From NCBI GenBank assembly GCA_048886185.1, contig JBHLKY010000010.1:168526-200525 (forward strand): DNA of 32,000 nt. The letters are read 5' to 3'. Both the position numbers and the translations under genes were made by a program. Positions 1 to 9,776 of this stretch are shown here, piece by piece. The stretch is from Candidatus Hermodarchaeota archaeon. GTDB taxonomy: Archaea; Asgardarchaeota; Heimdallarchaeia; Hodarchaeales; Hodarchaeaceae. Positions within the stretch are counted from its first letter, which is position 1. Each line of letters starts with the position of its first letter. The notes beneath the pieces were generated by a model. It was not told the origin of the DNA and did not search any database. It saw nothing but the letters and a program-made list of their open reading frames with translations.

Positions 1-79
1 GTCTCACGAAGATTGATTGTATAAAGTGCTGAAATTTGGAGTGTTAATCTTAGTAAAAGTCTGTTCAAGTGTAGCTTTG

Positions 80-1285
80 TTATATTATTGTATTTCTCTT
101 CACCCAAGAGGAAAGCCACTTCTGAGCTAATTTATGCAAAGATTTGTTACTTTTGTGAACACAAGTGACCAGACCAGGTTCAGATCTACCTGGATGGATG
201 AGCATAGCAAAAATACATGAATTGCAAGAGATGCACTCTGTCGTTGGCCCACCTCGTCCTTCTAACCAGCGTTTTGGTAAATCAGGTTCACGTATTATTG
301 GTCGAGACAAAGCAATGAATTCTACTTTTCCTTGTTTAACAATCTCCTCCAATCGTTCAATGTTTCGATTTCCACCAACTAAAATAACAGGAATATCTAG
401 GTCTAGTTTCTTTGTATATTTCAGGAAATAGCTTTGATTATCGATACTGTTTATCTGTGTATGAGATTCGGGTGCAGGGACAAGCCGAAAGCCTAACTCA
501 TCTTCATTTCTAAACAAACACTCCCACATACCTCCACTTATTTCAATAGCGTTAACACCTGTTTGTTCAATCTTTCGTGCTAGTTTAGGAAATGTTTCAA
601 TACTTATTCCACCTTCAAGGTAATCTGTACAATTCATCTTGATCAGGATGGGAAAATCGCTGACAGATTGTCTAGCTTTGGTTACAATCTCTTGGATGAT
701 CCTTACTCTATTCGATGTTGAACCTCCATAAGCATCATTTCGGCGATTTGTATAAGGTGAAAGGAAACGACTCAATAATCCACCATGTGCTGAATGAAGT
801 TGCACACCATCGAACCCAGTTTTTTTCATATCAATTATAGCTTCAACAAAAGAATTGATAATATCACTAATTTCATCCAGAGAAAGATATCTAAGTTTTC
901 TTTTTGAGTAAGGTGAGCTTATCACAGAAGGTCGACCTGTTAGATTTCCATTCTCAAGCTGAGCTACTATCTTACAATCTTGTTGAGACTTATGTACAAT
1001 TTCAGGTAATTTTTCAATTTCATCTACCCTAAGGTCAAAATAGTTAATTATCCACTTTTTAGAATCAATATTCGCTAGTTGTTCTTGAAAGACAGGAAAT
1101 CCCCCTGTTATAATCAGGCCTACCCCTCCAAGAGCAATTTCTTGATAAAGATTGAGAACCTCGGTGTTCATCTTACGACTTCTCAAGATGGACGGATCCC
1201 AAGTCGCTGAACGAACTAGACGGTTTTTTAATTTTAATGAACCTATTTTCCCTTCTGAAAATATTGTGTAATTCGCCCGTCTCAT
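80..1285 (-). CDS. NADH:flavin oxidoreductase, Old Yellow Enzyme family
   Basis: LKLKNRLVRSAT N-terminus, GFDGVQLHSAHG, FLSPYTNRRNDAYGGS, IALSRPIIREPDLP, and C-terminal CISCNSC...C; ATCACC (minus-strand GGTGAT RBS) upstream of the ATG. Confidence 0.93.
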   Translation of the reverse strand: MRRANYTIFSEGKIGSLKLKNRLVRSATWDPSILRSRKMNTEVLNLYQEIALGGVGLIITGGFPVFQEQLANIDSKKWIINYFDLRVDEIEKLPEIVHKSQQDCKIVAQLENGNLTGRPSVISSPYSKRKLRYLSLDEISDIINSFVEAIIDMKKTGFDGVQLHSAHGGLLSRFLSPYTNRRNDAYGGSTSNRVRIIQEIVTKARQSVSDFPILIKMNCTDYLEGGISIETFPKLARKIEQTGVNAIEISGGMWECLFRNEDELGFRLVPAPESHTQINSIDNQSYFLKYTKKLDLDIPVILVGGNRNIERLEEIVKQGKVEFIALSRPIIREPDLPKRWLEGRGGPTTECISCNSCIFAMLIHPGRSEPGLVTCVHKSNKSLHKLAQKWLSSWVKRNTII

Positions 1286-1552
1286 ATGAAAATCACCAAA
1301 AGAAAGTCAAAGTACTGTACAGCACATTAACAAGTGAGAAATGACGATTCTTAAGAATCTCCTATTAGGCAAGGGTAGGAAAAAGGTAGCCATTTGAAGG
1401 TATGTAGAGATAATTAAAGCTCCTATTACTTAATATAAACGAATATAATGTATTTTCAGTGAAACCAGGAAAAACACATATAATAACCAAATTCTAAAGA
1501 ATTAGGGTGATTCACTTACCCCGAAATAGAAAGTTGGCTTCTTTTCTCCCAG

Positions 1553-1900
1553 TTATGGCTTAGTAGTTTTTACTTCAGATTGAGGTAGTTTCCTTCTGGT
1601 GATTTTAAGAACAACACCAGCCGATGTGGGGTCAGGACAACGAATGAACTCTGTGGTCACTCCTTCAGAATTAATCTTTTTTTCATAAATTGTACCTGAA
1701 TAATCCCAAGGAAGCAAACCATCATATTCCAACACACGAATCATTGTGTTTGCACTATCTAAAAGCCATGAACAGATATTGGCTTTGTCTTCAGGATAAA
1801 TAAACTTTTGACCGACTTTATGATAAGGACAACCACTTTCAAAGATCTCTAGTTCAAATGAGTATTTTCTTCTAGCCATTTGGATTACTCTCCTATTCAT
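1553..1900 (-). CDS. TIGR04076-like small Cys protein (probable start 1879, MARRKYS)
   Basis: GCPYHKVGQKF, ICSWLLDS and CPDP...VVLKITR match the family pattern recalled from memory. Confidence 0.75.
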   Translation of the reverse strand: MNRRVIQMARRKYSFELEIFESGCPYHKVGQKFIYPEDKANICSWLLDSANTMIRVLEYDGLLPWDYSGTIYEKKINSEGVTTEFIRCPDPTSAGVVLKITRRKLPQSEVKTTKP

Positions 1901-2017
1901 CTTGTTGAAATAATTCCAAAAAAATCATTAATTCAGCTATATATAATGTGTATAAATGTAATTATATTGGCAATGTTCCTAGATTCTTTTCTTGTCAATT
2001 GATTTTATTGGAAAGGA

Positions 2018-2497
2018 TTATGAACCAAGGATGTTCCCTATTTCTCTTCCTATTGCCTTAAATGAGGCATCAACGTCAGAATCAAGTGGTCCTTCTCTAC
2101 CAAAAACAATGGCTGACTGGCGTGGTTTGATAATTCTCATCTTCATCTTTTTCATCCTTCCTTCAATTCTTCTCGCAGCACTATTTTCAAGAATTAACCA
2201 TCTCTTTTTGTTTAATCGAGAGGGATTTCTGGTATCAAAGCTGAAACCTTTCACCTCCCGTAAATTAACAGATTTAAGTTTCTTCAGGAATTCTTTCATT
2301 GCCTTAGATAACCCTATCATATGAGTAGGTCCACCAATGGCAAGAAAATTATAACTTGATATCTGATTAAGCTTGACCTCATCAATACCAAGGCAGTCTG
2401 TTGTGACACCAGCTTCTTCTATTCCAGAAGCTAAACTCATAGCGACTTCCTTAGTATTTCCAAAAAGAGAATGGTATAAAATTAGCGCACGTACCAT
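2018..2497 (-). CDS. Flavodoxin-like protein
   Basis: ALILYHSLFGNTKEVA FMN-binding loop, IGGPTH, GFSFDTR. Start moved from the track's TTG (2509) to ATG 2497 because GGTGA lies 5 nt upstream of it. Confidence 0.88.
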   Translation of the reverse strand: MVRALILYHSLFGNTKEVAMSLASGIEEAGVTTDCLGIDEVKLNQISSYNFLAIGGPTHMIGLSKAMKEFLKKLKSVNLREVKGFSFDTRNPSRLNKKRWLILENSAARRIEGRMKKMKMRIIKPRQSAIVFGREGPLDSDVDASFKAIGREIGNILGS

Positions 2498-2517
2498 AAA
2501 TATCACCAATTTATCAC

Positions 2518-3198
2518 TTAAGTAACCAAGCTCTGCGGCTCAAATTTACCAATAGTTTTCGAGGCCTTTCTTCTGTTCCGAATTTCTTGGGAAATTATCA
2601 GAAAAAGAGACCCAAATGATAAGGGAGAAAATACACACACCCAGAATAAGTTCCATGATTTAGCATGGAATGGTAAGCCAATCAACAAACCAAATAGTAC
2701 AAGCCATTGGAACCAATATAGGAAGATTGCAATTAAATTATCTTTTCGAGGATACAATGGCCAATTGATAAACCAGAAGGAGTACTCAATCGTCCATAAA
2801 AGGCCGAAGATAAATAATAAAAAAAGACAATAGATTGATTTTTGAATTACAATTAAACTATGCATGAAGATTAACCCTACTACAATTGTGAAAAGCCCAC
2901 TGTGGAAAATCAGACTGGGAGTATAATATTTGAAAAAAAGCTTTGAAAAAGTATCTGATGTTAATCCTAATCTGTTGATTAGAAAATAGAAGTAGTTTAC
3001 CAATATTGGAATCTCTACAATAATAAATAGAGGGAAAATGATCCGTCCTAATCCCCGGCCTTCAAGATGAGGGGTAATGAAAATAGGAACAAGATATCCA
3101 ATAAGTAATACCAGTGTTATTAATATCCCCAAACTTATCAGCATCGCTTTCTTTACAGAATCATTTATTTTAATCATAGAATAGCTTGTATTATACAT
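2518..3198 (-). CDS. Hypothetical multi-pass membrane protein
   Basis: 226 aa with about 6 hydrophobic segments; tightly packed between flavin genes; GGAGG RBS upstream. Confidence 0.75.
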   Translation of the reverse strand: MYNTSYSMIKINDSVKKAMLISLGILITLVLLIGYLVPIFITPHLEGRGLGRIIFPLFIIVEIPILVNYFYFLINRLGLTSDTFSKLFFKYYTPSLIFHSGLFTIVVGLIFMHSLIVIQKSIYCLFLLFIFGLLWTIEYSFWFINWPLYPRKDNLIAIFLYWFQWLVLFGLLIGLPFHAKSWNLFWVCVFSPLSFGSLFLIISQEIRNRRKASKTIGKFEPQSLVT

Positions 3199-3219
3199 TT
3201 ATTTTCCTCCATTCGGATT

Positions 3220-3987
3220 TCAGCTATAAATATTCAGAATAATTCTCCCCAGAAAGCTAGCAATGATTCTTTTCATCCAATTGGCCTTTATATCAATGAA
3301 AAATTTCTGTTTTGGATTTAAGAAACCATTCCCTGCCCAATAGTCATAATCTAAAGTATCCTTATATGAATGGTCTCTATTAGCACTCTGTTGAACTTTA
3401 AATACAGCTAAGGATAGCAAAGACGGCGATCTAAACCGTTCTTTATCAATAGCAGCAAAAAACTTAGTGGCTGCTTTTTTAATTTGTTTTTGATCTTTTG
3501 TTAAATCAGGTGAACCTTTTACAGAAGGGATCTTCAGCCCTAACGCCCCTACATGATGAAATCCCCAAGCAAAAGTTGCAGCCCCAAGAGAATCTCGAGC
3601 ATGCTTGTTACCTGCAGCATAAGTTGTAGTTATGATGAATGAGCATTTTGTGAAAAAAGCTGGACGATGGCTTACATACGCCATACGATCAATGAGTGTT
3701 TTCATTTCTCCTGAAACATCAGACATAAAGACAGGACTCGCAAAAATAACACCATCCACTTTTTTTATTTTATCTACAATTGACAATAAGTCATCTTTTT
3801 GGGGACACGAGAATTCTCCTTTGTCAAAGCAAGTACGACATCCCAAACAGAATTTCAAGTTATAATCTCTGAGAAATAAATACTCCTCGTCCACTTGGCC
3901 GAGTTTTTTCATTTCTTGAATCAAAGCAAAACTAGTGTGATACGTATTACCGTTCTTTCTAGCACCTAAAATAATTAAAATTTTCAT
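3220..3987 (-). CDS. Flavodoxin-fold NAD(P)H-dependent FMN reductase / iron-sulfur flavoprotein-like
   Basis: ILIILGARKNGNT, CLGCRTC...C motif, DGVIFASPVFMSDVSGEMKTLIDR. Confidence 0.88.
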   Translation of the reverse strand: MKILIILGARKNGNTYHTSFALIQEMKKLGQVDEEYLFLRDYNLKFCLGCRTCFDKGEFSCPQKDDLLSIVDKIKKVDGVIFASPVFMSDVSGEMKTLIDRMAYVSHRPAFFTKCSFIITTTYAAGNKHARDSLGAATFAWGFHHVGALGLKIPSVKGSPDLTKDQKQIKKAATKFFAAIDKERFRSPSLLSLAVFKVQQSANRDHSYKDTLDYDYWAGNGFLNPKQKFFIDIKANWMKRIIASFLGRIILNIYS

Positions 3988-4028
3988 GATTTTGTTCCAA
4001 CCTCGTCAAAAAGGCTAGAATACAGTAT

Positions 4029-4688
4029 CTAATCGTCATAATGCTTCAATCCCTTGTCAATAATGTTGAATAAAACATCTAAATATTCACGAGATCCTCT
4101 CACCAATAATTCCCTGATGGCTGAATCAAGCGTACTAAGAGCCATTAAAACAGAAAAAGGATCTAATTTTGACGAAACTCCGGCATTTTTCATTGTTTCC
4201 AGAACTACATTTGCCATAAGTTTCTCAATTTTCAATTGGTAGTTCCTAAACTCTTTTTCACTCTCAGTCAATGGTTGATTTGTCTCTTCCTTTTCGATCA
4301 TTCTTCTGATAGCCATGCTTAATCGACTTGGATCAAATAGTCCTGCATAATCAGGATATTCATCAACAAAGATAACATAGGCATCTCCAAGAGATCGTAG
4401 TTCAAATTTGGTTTCAGGTTGATTCAGAGTGCGTTCAAATATAAGGTATAGTTTTTCAAAGGCTTTAGAGGCAACAGCAATAAAAAGATCATCCTTAGAA
4501 TCAAAATAGTTGTAGATAGTTGCCTTACTATACCCCGCTTCAGTTGCAATCTTGTCAACCATGGTTTCTGCATATCCTTGATTTATAAAATATTTTTCAG
4601 CAATTTTAATAATCGCATCTCGACGATATTTCCGTTCTTGTTCCAATCTTCGTTTTTTAGGAGAAATTGATCGTTTATTAGTACTCAT
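4029..4688 (-). CDS. TetR/AcrR-family transcriptional regulator
   Basis: GYAETMVDKIATEAGYSKATIYNYFDSKDDLF HTH signature; start set at MSTNKR (4688), which has GGAG 7 nt upstream. Confidence 0.93.
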   Translation of the reverse strand: MSTNKRSISPKKRRLEQERKYRRDAIIKIAEKYFINQGYAETMVDKIATEAGYSKATIYNYFDSKDDLFIAVASKAFEKLYLIFERTLNQPETKFELRSLGDAYVIFVDEYPDYAGLFDPSRLSMAIRRMIEKEETNQPLTESEKEFRNYQLKIEKLMANVVLETMKNAGVSSKLDPFSVLMALSTLDSAIRELLVRGSREYLDVLFNIIDKGLKHYDD

Positions 4689-4734
4689 AACACTTCTCCA
4701 ACAGATTGATTTCATTACTTTATTAAGATATTGT

Positions 4735-4777
4735 ACTCAAGTCTAATTGACTTGAATATAGTCAATTAGACTCAAGT
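4735..4777. promoter_or_regulatory. Probable TetR operator overlapping the tetR promoter
   Basis: Perfect 12-bp inverted repeat GTCTAATTGACT(4741-4752)-N7-AGTCAATTAGAC(4760-4771), flanked by ACTCAAGT direct repeats (4735, 4770); minus-strand TTTATA box just upstream. Confidence 0.75.
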
Positions 4778-5218
4778 ATAAATATCTTATTATAGAGGTA
4801 GATAATGGAAATAGTGGGCTACTGATGTTGTGACAGATGTACATCTCTAGGTAATCCAAGAATGATGAGTATTGAATTTTTCTTTAGTTTATACGATGAT
4901 GAAATTAAGAAATCATTTTAAAAATCCATTTTAATCAGATTTAGCTTCCAATAGTAAATTAACACCATTTTAAAAGTACAATAATTATATTGGAGATTTG
5001 CAACCAGCATTGTTATTAATTATGAATCACTATATGGGACAACAGAACTCCATGAAGAATAAATTACACAAGGAGAAACGGTTTTGAATTAACTTGGTGA
5101 ATTTATTAATATATGATTTAGTCTTCCCAGTTATCGCTATTATACCCAACAGTTTTTTTCTCATCTGTTGGTATTCAATGTAAAAGAAACCTGCTAAAGA
5201 TGCATAAAAGATTGAGTA

Positions 5219-6223
5219 TTAATGTCTACGCCGAATTAAGATCAAAACAAGAATGGACAGAAATAAGAAATATAAAGGAGTTCCTATAGTTCTTTGAGGT
5301 AATGTGACTTGAGAAGAAGTTAAAGACGATACAGAGGTCATGATATCTGAAGTAGTTGCAGTTAATCCCAATCCATTTGTGATATGTGAGAATAAATCAC
5401 TAATCGGAGTATATTCTTCTTTCCCTTTTGCTAATTCTTCTTCGAGGTTTAGCTTGACTACATTAGTGTAATTAAAATTTTGATAAATATAGATGTCTCG
5501 AAGGACAAGATCAAAAATATTACTATATTTTGTCGCGTATGTTCCTTCTTGATGAGTTGCGTCGAGAATATCTCGCAAAATCTCCAAAGTGAGGTTATCC
5601 TCGTGATCAATACTATCTAACATTTCGGAAGCAATTGGATAACGCCAACAAGGGGTCCAACCATTCCTAGGATATCCTACATTGAAATTCGTTGAAACAA
5701 GAAAACCATCACCCACATTCTTTCGAGTGAAGTTGAGTTCACCGTCAGTTCCAGGGCTTATGACAACTGCATTCCCCAAGGCATCTGCAAGATGAACTTG
5801 GTAGGCCATTGAAGTTCCCCAGTTGAATTCTTTTGCAAGCTGAAGAACCTCTGAAATGTCTGCACATTCATCAATGATTTGTTTGACAATCCATTCCTGA
5901 GAGTATGGGAGTTCAGGGTGATTATTTAATGGCATTTCCGGTAATGCATTGGCATCAAAACACAACCCCTTCTCATTCATACCTCCTTGAGGAAAATAAT
6001 TACCAAAACCAAGAAATACTCCCCCATATTTTCCTTCTTTTGGCTGTTCAAACCAGATATATGTATCTGGGTCATACCAGTCCTCATTATTGCCAAAAAA
6101 TGCTTTATTTCCCTTTGATACAGTAAAAATTGTACATGCTGATATTGATCTGGTAGTACTAGCGAGGATACAGAATAATGCCAATAACAAAGCGAAAGAT
6201 AGCGATTTTCTTAGCCAAATCAT
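5219..6223 (-). CDS. Secreted, C-terminally anchored Ntn-hydrolase (choloylglycine hydrolase / peptidase C45-like)
   Basis: Signal peptide followed by ACTIF (candidate N-terminal Cys nucleophile), GNNEDW, GGMNEKGL, STNF; S/T-rich linker, TM helix and RRRH tail. Confidence 0.82.
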   Translation of the reverse strand: MIWLRKSLSFALLLALFCILASTTRSISACTIFTVSKGNKAFFGNNEDWYDPDTYIWFEQPKEGKYGGVFLGFGNYFPQGGMNEKGLCFDANALPEMPLNNHPELPYSQEWIVKQIIDECADISEVLQLAKEFNWGTSMAYQVHLADALGNAVVISPGTDGELNFTRKNVGDGFLVSTNFNVGYPRNGWTPCWRYPIASEMLDSIDHEDNLTLEILRDILDATHQEGTYATKYSNIFDLVLRDIYIYQNFNYTNVVKLNLEEELAKGKEEYTPISDLFSHITNGLGLTATTSDIMTSVSSLTSSQVTLPQRTIGTPLYFLFLSILVLILIRRRH

Positions 6224-6419
6224 TTGGATGAAAGTTCTAGAGAAAGGATAATTTTTAAATTGTGATTAATGCAACGAAAAAATCCAAGCTGAATCCTCTT
6301 CAATAAACAATACAATCTATAAGAAGAATAAGCGAAATATAATAGTTCTAAAAGTAGGAGATGATTTTTATCTAATCAATGGTCAAAAACTTAAATCTAT
6401 GGATGATAATGTGTTTTTT

Positions 6420-7328
6420 CTAGATTCTTCCCAACAACAGAAGGCGAGCTAAACCAAGAAGGATCATTCCCATAACTAGAGTAGTAATTCTTCGTGTCTG
6501 CTCAATATTATCTTCTGGATTTTTGGCAAGAAGATACAGAACTAAGATAAGTAAGGCTGCTGTTAAAAGTATGATTCCAAGATAAATAGGATCATTTCCT
6601 AAAAAAATGAGAAAGGAGGAAGCAACAATCCAAGCAATAAAATAGCCAACTATAAGCACACGAACCGTTGTATCGGTTCCTAATTGAGATGGAATGGTTT
6701 TCACTCCTTGTACTAGATCTCCCTGAATATCTCCAAGATCTTTGTGGATTTCAAATACTAAAGCTGATATGAATACAAGAACTTGGGTTATTATAAAAAT
6801 AAGATCAATAGAAGGGGATGAGTTCACAGCAAGAGCACCAGTAATCAATGCTAAAGATAAACTCAGAGCTACTACAAAATTTTTCATAAGATAAGAGTTA
6901 TTATAGAACTTTAACCATGTAGAATATGCAATAGCAAGGACTATTCCAATAAATCCTATGAACAAAGCCTGTAGTTTAAAAAAGTATAATCCTATCAGAA
7001 TTGCAAGAATAGTCTCGATAATCGCAGCAAAAAGTGCAAAACGTGGTTCAACTGTTTCTTGTGGTAGTGGACGCCAAGGTTTGGAAATCTTGTCCGTTTC
7101 AATATCTTTGTAATCATTAAAAGTATCCATAGCACCTAGTAAGAGAATTCCACCAATAATTCCCATAATTATTTGAGTGAAGGATGGATAAACACGAAGA
7201 CCAAGTACCATTCCCAAGACACCAGTGCTGCCGATAATAACTCCATCTACAGGTCTGGCTAATAGTATTAGACCGTAAATAGATCGAAAAAAAGTATGAA
7301 TCTCTGTTCTGAGAGTTGAGCTGCTCAT
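6420..7328 (-). CDS. UbiA-family prenyltransferase, likely digeranylgeranylglyceryl phosphate synthase
   Basis: NDYKDIETDKISKPWRPLP and EIHKDLGDIQGD...GVKTIP Asp-rich motifs; about 8 TM segments. Confidence 0.85.
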   Translation of the reverse strand: MSSSTLRTEIHTFFRSIYGLILLARPVDGVIIGSTGVLGMVLGLRVYPSFTQIIMGIIGGILLLGAMDTFNDYKDIETDKISKPWRPLPQETVEPRFALFAAIIETILAILIGLYFFKLQALFIGFIGIVLAIAYSTWLKFYNNSYLMKNFVVALSLSLALITGALAVNSSPSIDLIFIITQVLVFISALVFEIHKDLGDIQGDLVQGVKTIPSQLGTDTTVRVLIVGYFIAWIVASSFLIFLGNDPIYLGIILLTAALLILVLYLLAKNPEDNIEQTRRITTLVMGMILLGLARLLLLGRI

Positions 7329-7561
7329 TTCCCGATCAGTTATCCCAAAAATAAAATCGAATATTAGAATGTATTTTCAAAACCTGACTATAGCTTCAAA
7401 AAATACTTTTTAGTATTGAGAAAAAGATATCTTCAAAAATAAAAAAAGGAAGAAGTATTCCCCCCCTAGGCGATTTGGGAAGTATTAGAATCTGAAAATT
7501 TTCTTTTATTGACCAAACTCTTATCAAATTCAGCGAGTTTCGAATTTAATTTGATAATTAT

Positions 7562-7675
7562 TAATATTCACCAAACTGTTACAAATTAAACCACACCAGA
7601 CCCAAATAAGGATATTAACTATCCAGTCCAGAGCGTTAGATACCCTTCAAAATTTTCTTTCTTAACATCGTCCAT
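7562..7675 (-). pseudogene. 5' remnant of an MFS (MefA/DHA3-like) transporter
   Basis: In-frame translation MDDVKKENFEGYLTLWTG*LISLFGSGVV*FVTVW*IL matches the lwxGQxxSxxGSxxxQF TM1 pattern; GGTGA RBS upstream; stops at 7619-7621, 7586-7588, 7568-7570. Confidence 0.65.
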
Positions 7676-7835
7676 TTCGTTCACCGTACCCTAACTCTTG
7701 AAATCTTCTTCTTTTTCTATGGATCCAATTATCCAAATCAGGTGAATTCGGATTCTTTCTTCGTTCTTTCCAGTAACAGATGTCAAAATATTTAGTATTT
7801 TCCTCTAAGGATCTTAATAATTCTTTCTTTTTCAT
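7662..7835 (-). CDS. 57-aa basic hypothetical protein (not in ORF track)
   Basis: ATG 7835 to TAA 7662: MKKKELLRSLEENTKYFDICYWKERRKNPNSPDLDNWIHRKRRRFQELGYGERNGRC; overlaps the start of the MFS remnant by 14 nt; RBS weak. Confidence 0.35.
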   Translation of the reverse strand: MKKKELLRSLEENTKYFDICYWKERRKNPNSPDLDNWIHRKRRRFQELGYGERNGRC

Positions 7836-7874
7836 TTTTCTAACCTTTTAACATTTTTTTAGTTTAGATGTATT

Positions 7875-7917
7875 GTGCAATTGGTTGCATGCAACATGCA
7901 CTCAATTTCACAATGCA
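7875..7917. promoter_or_regulatory. Candidate operator in a divergent promoter
   Basis: Perfect palindrome GTTGCATGCAAC (7884-7895) plus further TGCA units, next to a TATATA box upstream of the wHTH gene. Confidence 0.5.
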
Positions 7918-7970
7918 TATATAATACTTTCGAATAAGTCTAAATAAACACAATTTCAGGAATAAGTAAA

Positions 7971-8594
7971 ATGGCTGGAACAAAAAATGATAAAGAGATT
8001 GAGGATCTTCGTAAATCTCTCCAAAGTCTTTTTCAAACAGAAACTAGAGCATTAATAGCTTGGAATTTAATAATCTATAAAGAATTAACCGTTAAACAAT
8101 TTGTGAAGCTTATGAACAAAGACGCGTCCACTATTACAAGAAATCTCAGCAAAATGTTGGATTTAAATTTGGTTCAGATTTCGAAAACAGAAACAAACCG
8201 AAATTTCAACTTAAATTATTGGAGACTAAATCCTGAAATTCCAATTCACAAATTTGGAGATTTTGAAACAGCAATTAAGAATGCATTACTACGGACCGAT
8301 TTAATTTTTATGAAAACAGCATTACTAGCAATTCAACGTAATTTGGAGAATATTCTCAACTATAAGACAAGGAAGATCGCTAAATTTATTCAGAATCTGT
8401 TCTCTGGAAAGGAGTTCATTTCAGTGGGGATGATGGATGAAGAAACTGGTGCTCTCTTTCGAAAAGAACTCAATGAATTCATCTTTAAATTTCAAGAAGA
8501 TAATAAAATTAACTTACTACCAATCGATAAAATTGGTCCTGGTAGTTATTTTACATTTCTTTTAGCTAGTCAGTTTCCCTCACTAAAAGAATAA
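7971..8594 (+). CDS. Winged-helix (ArsR/MarR-like) transcriptional regulator
   Basis: ELTVKQFVKLMNKDASTITRNLSKMLDLNLVQ HTH followed by a wing ending YWRLN; AGGA upstream. Confidence 0.82.
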   Translation: MAGTKNDKEIEDLRKSLQSLFQTETRALIAWNLIIYKELTVKQFVKLMNKDASTITRNLSKMLDLNLVQISKTETNRNFNLNYWRLNPEIPIHKFGDFETAIKNALLRTDLIFMKTALLAIQRNLENILNYKTRKIAKFIQNLFSGKEFISVGMMDEETGALFRKELNEFIFKFQEDNKINLLPIDKIGPGSYFTFLLASQFPSLKE

Positions 8595-8615
8595 AGCTGA
8601 TAAGTTTGCTTCAAA

Positions 8616-9764
8616 TCAGGGATTTTGGAAACGATCTAATAAGTTGAAAGCAGCTAAAATGTTTTCTGGAGGGACATCAGCGAGAATATTATGAGCCATG
8701 GCGAAAATATAACCAGTATTATCACTAGCAAGGGTATTGAGGATTCTTTTAACTTCCTCTTCAACCTCTGAGGGTGACCCTCTAGGTAGGACTTCCTGAA
8801 TATCAACTCCACCATGGAAACAGAGTTTAGATCCATATTTTTGTTTTAAAATAGCGTGATCCATTCTTCGGGTAGGCTGAACGGGATTGAGAATATCAAA
8901 GCCAATTTCAATCAGATCAGGAATAATTTCTGTAACTGAACCACAGGAGTGAAGTTGTACTTTTAGATGAGGAAAATTCCTTTTTATAGCTTGAATTAAT
9001 GAGTTAACCCTAGGTTTAACTAATTCTTGCCACATTTCCGGATGTAGTAAAAGCCGCTCTTGGGTACCATAATCATCACCGTACATCGCAATCGATACCC
9101 ACTCTCCTATTTCATTTAACCAATTTTCCCAAATTTCTAACTGGTTTGTTAGGTTCTGATCTAAGAGCTCTTCAATAATCTCTCTATTTGCATATAGATC
9201 AGAAAGAAATGTAGCAAAGCCTCTGAGGCCGATTGTTTGTTCAAGTATACCACCAGACATTGGATCAGCAATCACCGCATAGCCTTTTTTCCAGAAGTTC
9301 CTAGCTTTCTTTTCACACCCTTTAAACCATTCTTCATTAGGGGAAGGTAATTCAAACTCTTTTATTTCTTTCAAAGAGGCTTCTGCAAGGGGATAAGAGA
9401 CCATTTCATAATACAAGATATTATGTTTTGAAGTTCCTATAGGTTGATATTTTATACCGTATGCATTATAGAATGAAGCTATCTTACCATCACTTGTGAG
9501 TTCTTCTCGCTTAGGAGGTTCCATTCTAATATGACGAGTATCCACCTTCAGCTTTGTTAATACTCTTTCATCTATGACTGCTAATTGCTGAATTAAATCT
9601 GAAAAATAAATGTCATGATGTGGTATCTTCCAAAAATCTAATAATTTTTCATACGCAATGGTTGAGATCCCACTTACAGGGCCACCAAGGTCTCGTGGAA
9701 TACGGTCAATTTCACGATGTAAAATAGAATTTTCTATTCGCTCTCTTGAAATCACTTGAATCAC
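8616..9764 (-). CDS. Uroporphyrinogen decarboxylase / MtaA-CmuA superfamily protein
   Basis: REIDRIPRDLGG, GDDYGTQ, LHSCGS, GFDILNPVQP, FHGGVDIQ, GYIFAMAHNI..VPPENI. Confidence 0.9.
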   Translation of the reverse strand: MIQVISRERIENSILHREIDRIPRDLGGPVSGISTIAYEKLLDFWKIPHHDIYFSDLIQQLAVIDERVLTKLKVDTRHIRMEPPKREELTSDGKIASFYNAYGIKYQPIGTSKHNILYYEMVSYPLAEASLKEIKEFELPSPNEEWFKGCEKKARNFWKKGYAVIADPMSGGILEQTIGLRGFATFLSDLYANREIIEELLDQNLTNQLEIWENWLNEIGEWVSIAMYGDDYGTQERLLLHPEMWQELVKPRVNSLIQAIKRNFPHLKVQLHSCGSVTEIIPDLIEIGFDILNPVQPTRRMDHAILKQKYGSKLCFHGGVDIQEVLPRGSPSEVEEEVKRILNTLASDNTGYIFAMAHNILADVPPENILAAFNLLDRFQNP

Positions 9765-9776
9765 CTGTGAAAGGTA

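Noticed and set aside
1346-1359. Perfect 14-bp palindrome GATTCTTAAGAATC upstream of OYE
   Set aside because: Single AT-rich occurrence, plausible by chance in 32 kb, and unlike the TetR operator.
165-6126. Plus-strand track ORFs 165-431, 1992-2324, 3632-3865, 4054-4242, 5905-6126
   Set aside because: Antisense shadows of well-supported minus-strand genes; no motifs.
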